From: a virus
Lineage: Duplodnaviria; Caudoviricetes
IMG/VR virus record: IMGVR_UViG_3300037420_000838
Coordinates: 1-25,935 of that record
Strand: one strand, 5' to 3'
Length of the DNA stretch: 25,935 nt
The translations under genes were made by a program, and so were the position numbers. Below, one piece after another: positions 25,114-25,935 of the stretch (positions within the stretch are counted from its first letter, which is position 1; the number at the start of each line of letters is the position of its first letter). The notes beneath the pieces are model-generated. The model was not told the DNA's origin and searched no databases. It saw nothing but the letters and a program-made list of their open reading frames with translations.

Positions 25114-25428
25114 ATGCCGCACGCAAAACGTGGTCCCGCCGTGCCGACGGTCGGCGCGTATTTCGAGCAAAAGCTCAAGGCCGAGCTGGAGCCGGTCAGC
25201 GAACGCGAACCTCGTGAACCGTATAGCCCGTATCACCCCGATTTTCATATCGATACGGGCTGCGGGGTCGAATGCCGGGCTGCTATCGACGCAGCCGCTG
25301 AAATCCTGCAGCACCTGGCGAACGCGTACGGGGAGCCGGGCAACCGCGAGCATCCGAAGGGGCCGGAGCTGCGTCGACACGTCGTCGAAGCCGTGCGCAA
25401 CGTCGTTATCTGCTACGTATACGGGTGA
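25114..25428 (+). CDS. Hypothetical protein
   Basis: ATG 7 nt after ribozyme 3; 104 aa; GC3-biased. Confidence 0.65.
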   Translation: MPHAKRGPAVPTVGAYFEQKLKAELEPVSEREPREPYSPYHPDFHIDTGCGVECRAAIDAAAEILQHLANAYGEPGNREHPKGPELRRHVVEAVRNVVICYVYG

Positions 25429-25431
25429 ATT

Positions 25432-25614
25432 ATGAAACGTAGAAAAGCTGTCGTTGCCGTTTGCGCTTACCGTTTACGCGGACTGCGATGCCCGAATCAA
25501 AGCGGTCAGGACGGGTCTTGCGGATGCCAGAGGCGCGAATACGTTTGGGCTCGGCCGGGGCTTAGCCGAGCGCATCGCCGCAAGATTGCTCGTCAAGTCG
25601 GGGGAGTTTGGTAA
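25432..25614 (+). CDS. Hypothetical small basic Cys-rich protein
   Basis: Starts 3 nt after the previous stop; co-oriented. Confidence 0.45.
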   Translation: MKRRKAVVAVCAYRLRGLRCPNQSGQDGSCGCQRREYVWARPGLSRAHRRKIARQVGGVW

Positions 25615-25686
25615 CGGATGCGCGGCTTGCGTCCGTTCGCTCGGGCGCATGCCAGGCAATCGTGCCGTCAGCGGGGAGAAATGTTT

Positions 25687-25935
25687 ATGAACGATACCAT
25701 TGTCATCTATCGTCAACCGGCGAAGCTTTGGCCGGATGGGGTGATCAGCCGCGAGGATTTCGTCGCGGTCGTGCTGCATCGGAAGCCGTTCGAACCCGTG
25801 CAGCCGAACCGCTTGCCGGATGCCGGATCGGATCGCACCGTCTACGTCGGGAATTCTACCCGCGCCGACGCCATCGAATATCTCTCGATTCATCTGTGGG
25901 TCGCCGAGCCATTGCAAACCCATCTCAGGGAGGGA
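25687..25935 (+). CDS. Hypothetical protein, truncated by the window end
   Basis: GGGGAG RBS; MNDTIVIYRQPAKLWPDG... open to 25935. Confidence 0.55.
   Translation, partial: MNDTIVIYRQPAKLWPDGVISREDFVAVVLHRKPFEPVQPNRLPDAGSDRTVYVGNSTRADAIEYLSIHLWVAEPLQTHLREG

Overview
A 25.9-kb segment of a tailed dsDNA phage (Caudoviricetes) with two divergent arms that meet at an AT-rich non-coding island (~18.6-19.0 kb). The left arm (minus strand, ~18.4 kb down to position 1) is the packaging and morphogenesis operon. In transcription order it holds small accessory ORFs, terminase small and large subunits, a HAD phosphatase, the portal, an Acb2/Tad1-like anti-defence protein, a GroES-like co-chaperonin, the scaffold, head proteins and major capsid protein, putative appendage proteins, a head-tail adaptor with an inserted discoidin-like domain, and the start of a tail-fibre-like gene. 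The right arm (plus strand, 19.2 kb to the end) is a run of short, early-type hypothetical ORFs. The standout feature is three complete type II hammerhead ribozymes (24330-24404, 24767-24819, 25049-25106). They sit in three consecutive intergenic gaps of one plus-strand operon, each close behind a stop codon. In two of them the ribozyme core appears to contain the Shine-Dalgarno of the next gene. All product calls come from motif recognition by eye; no database search was run.
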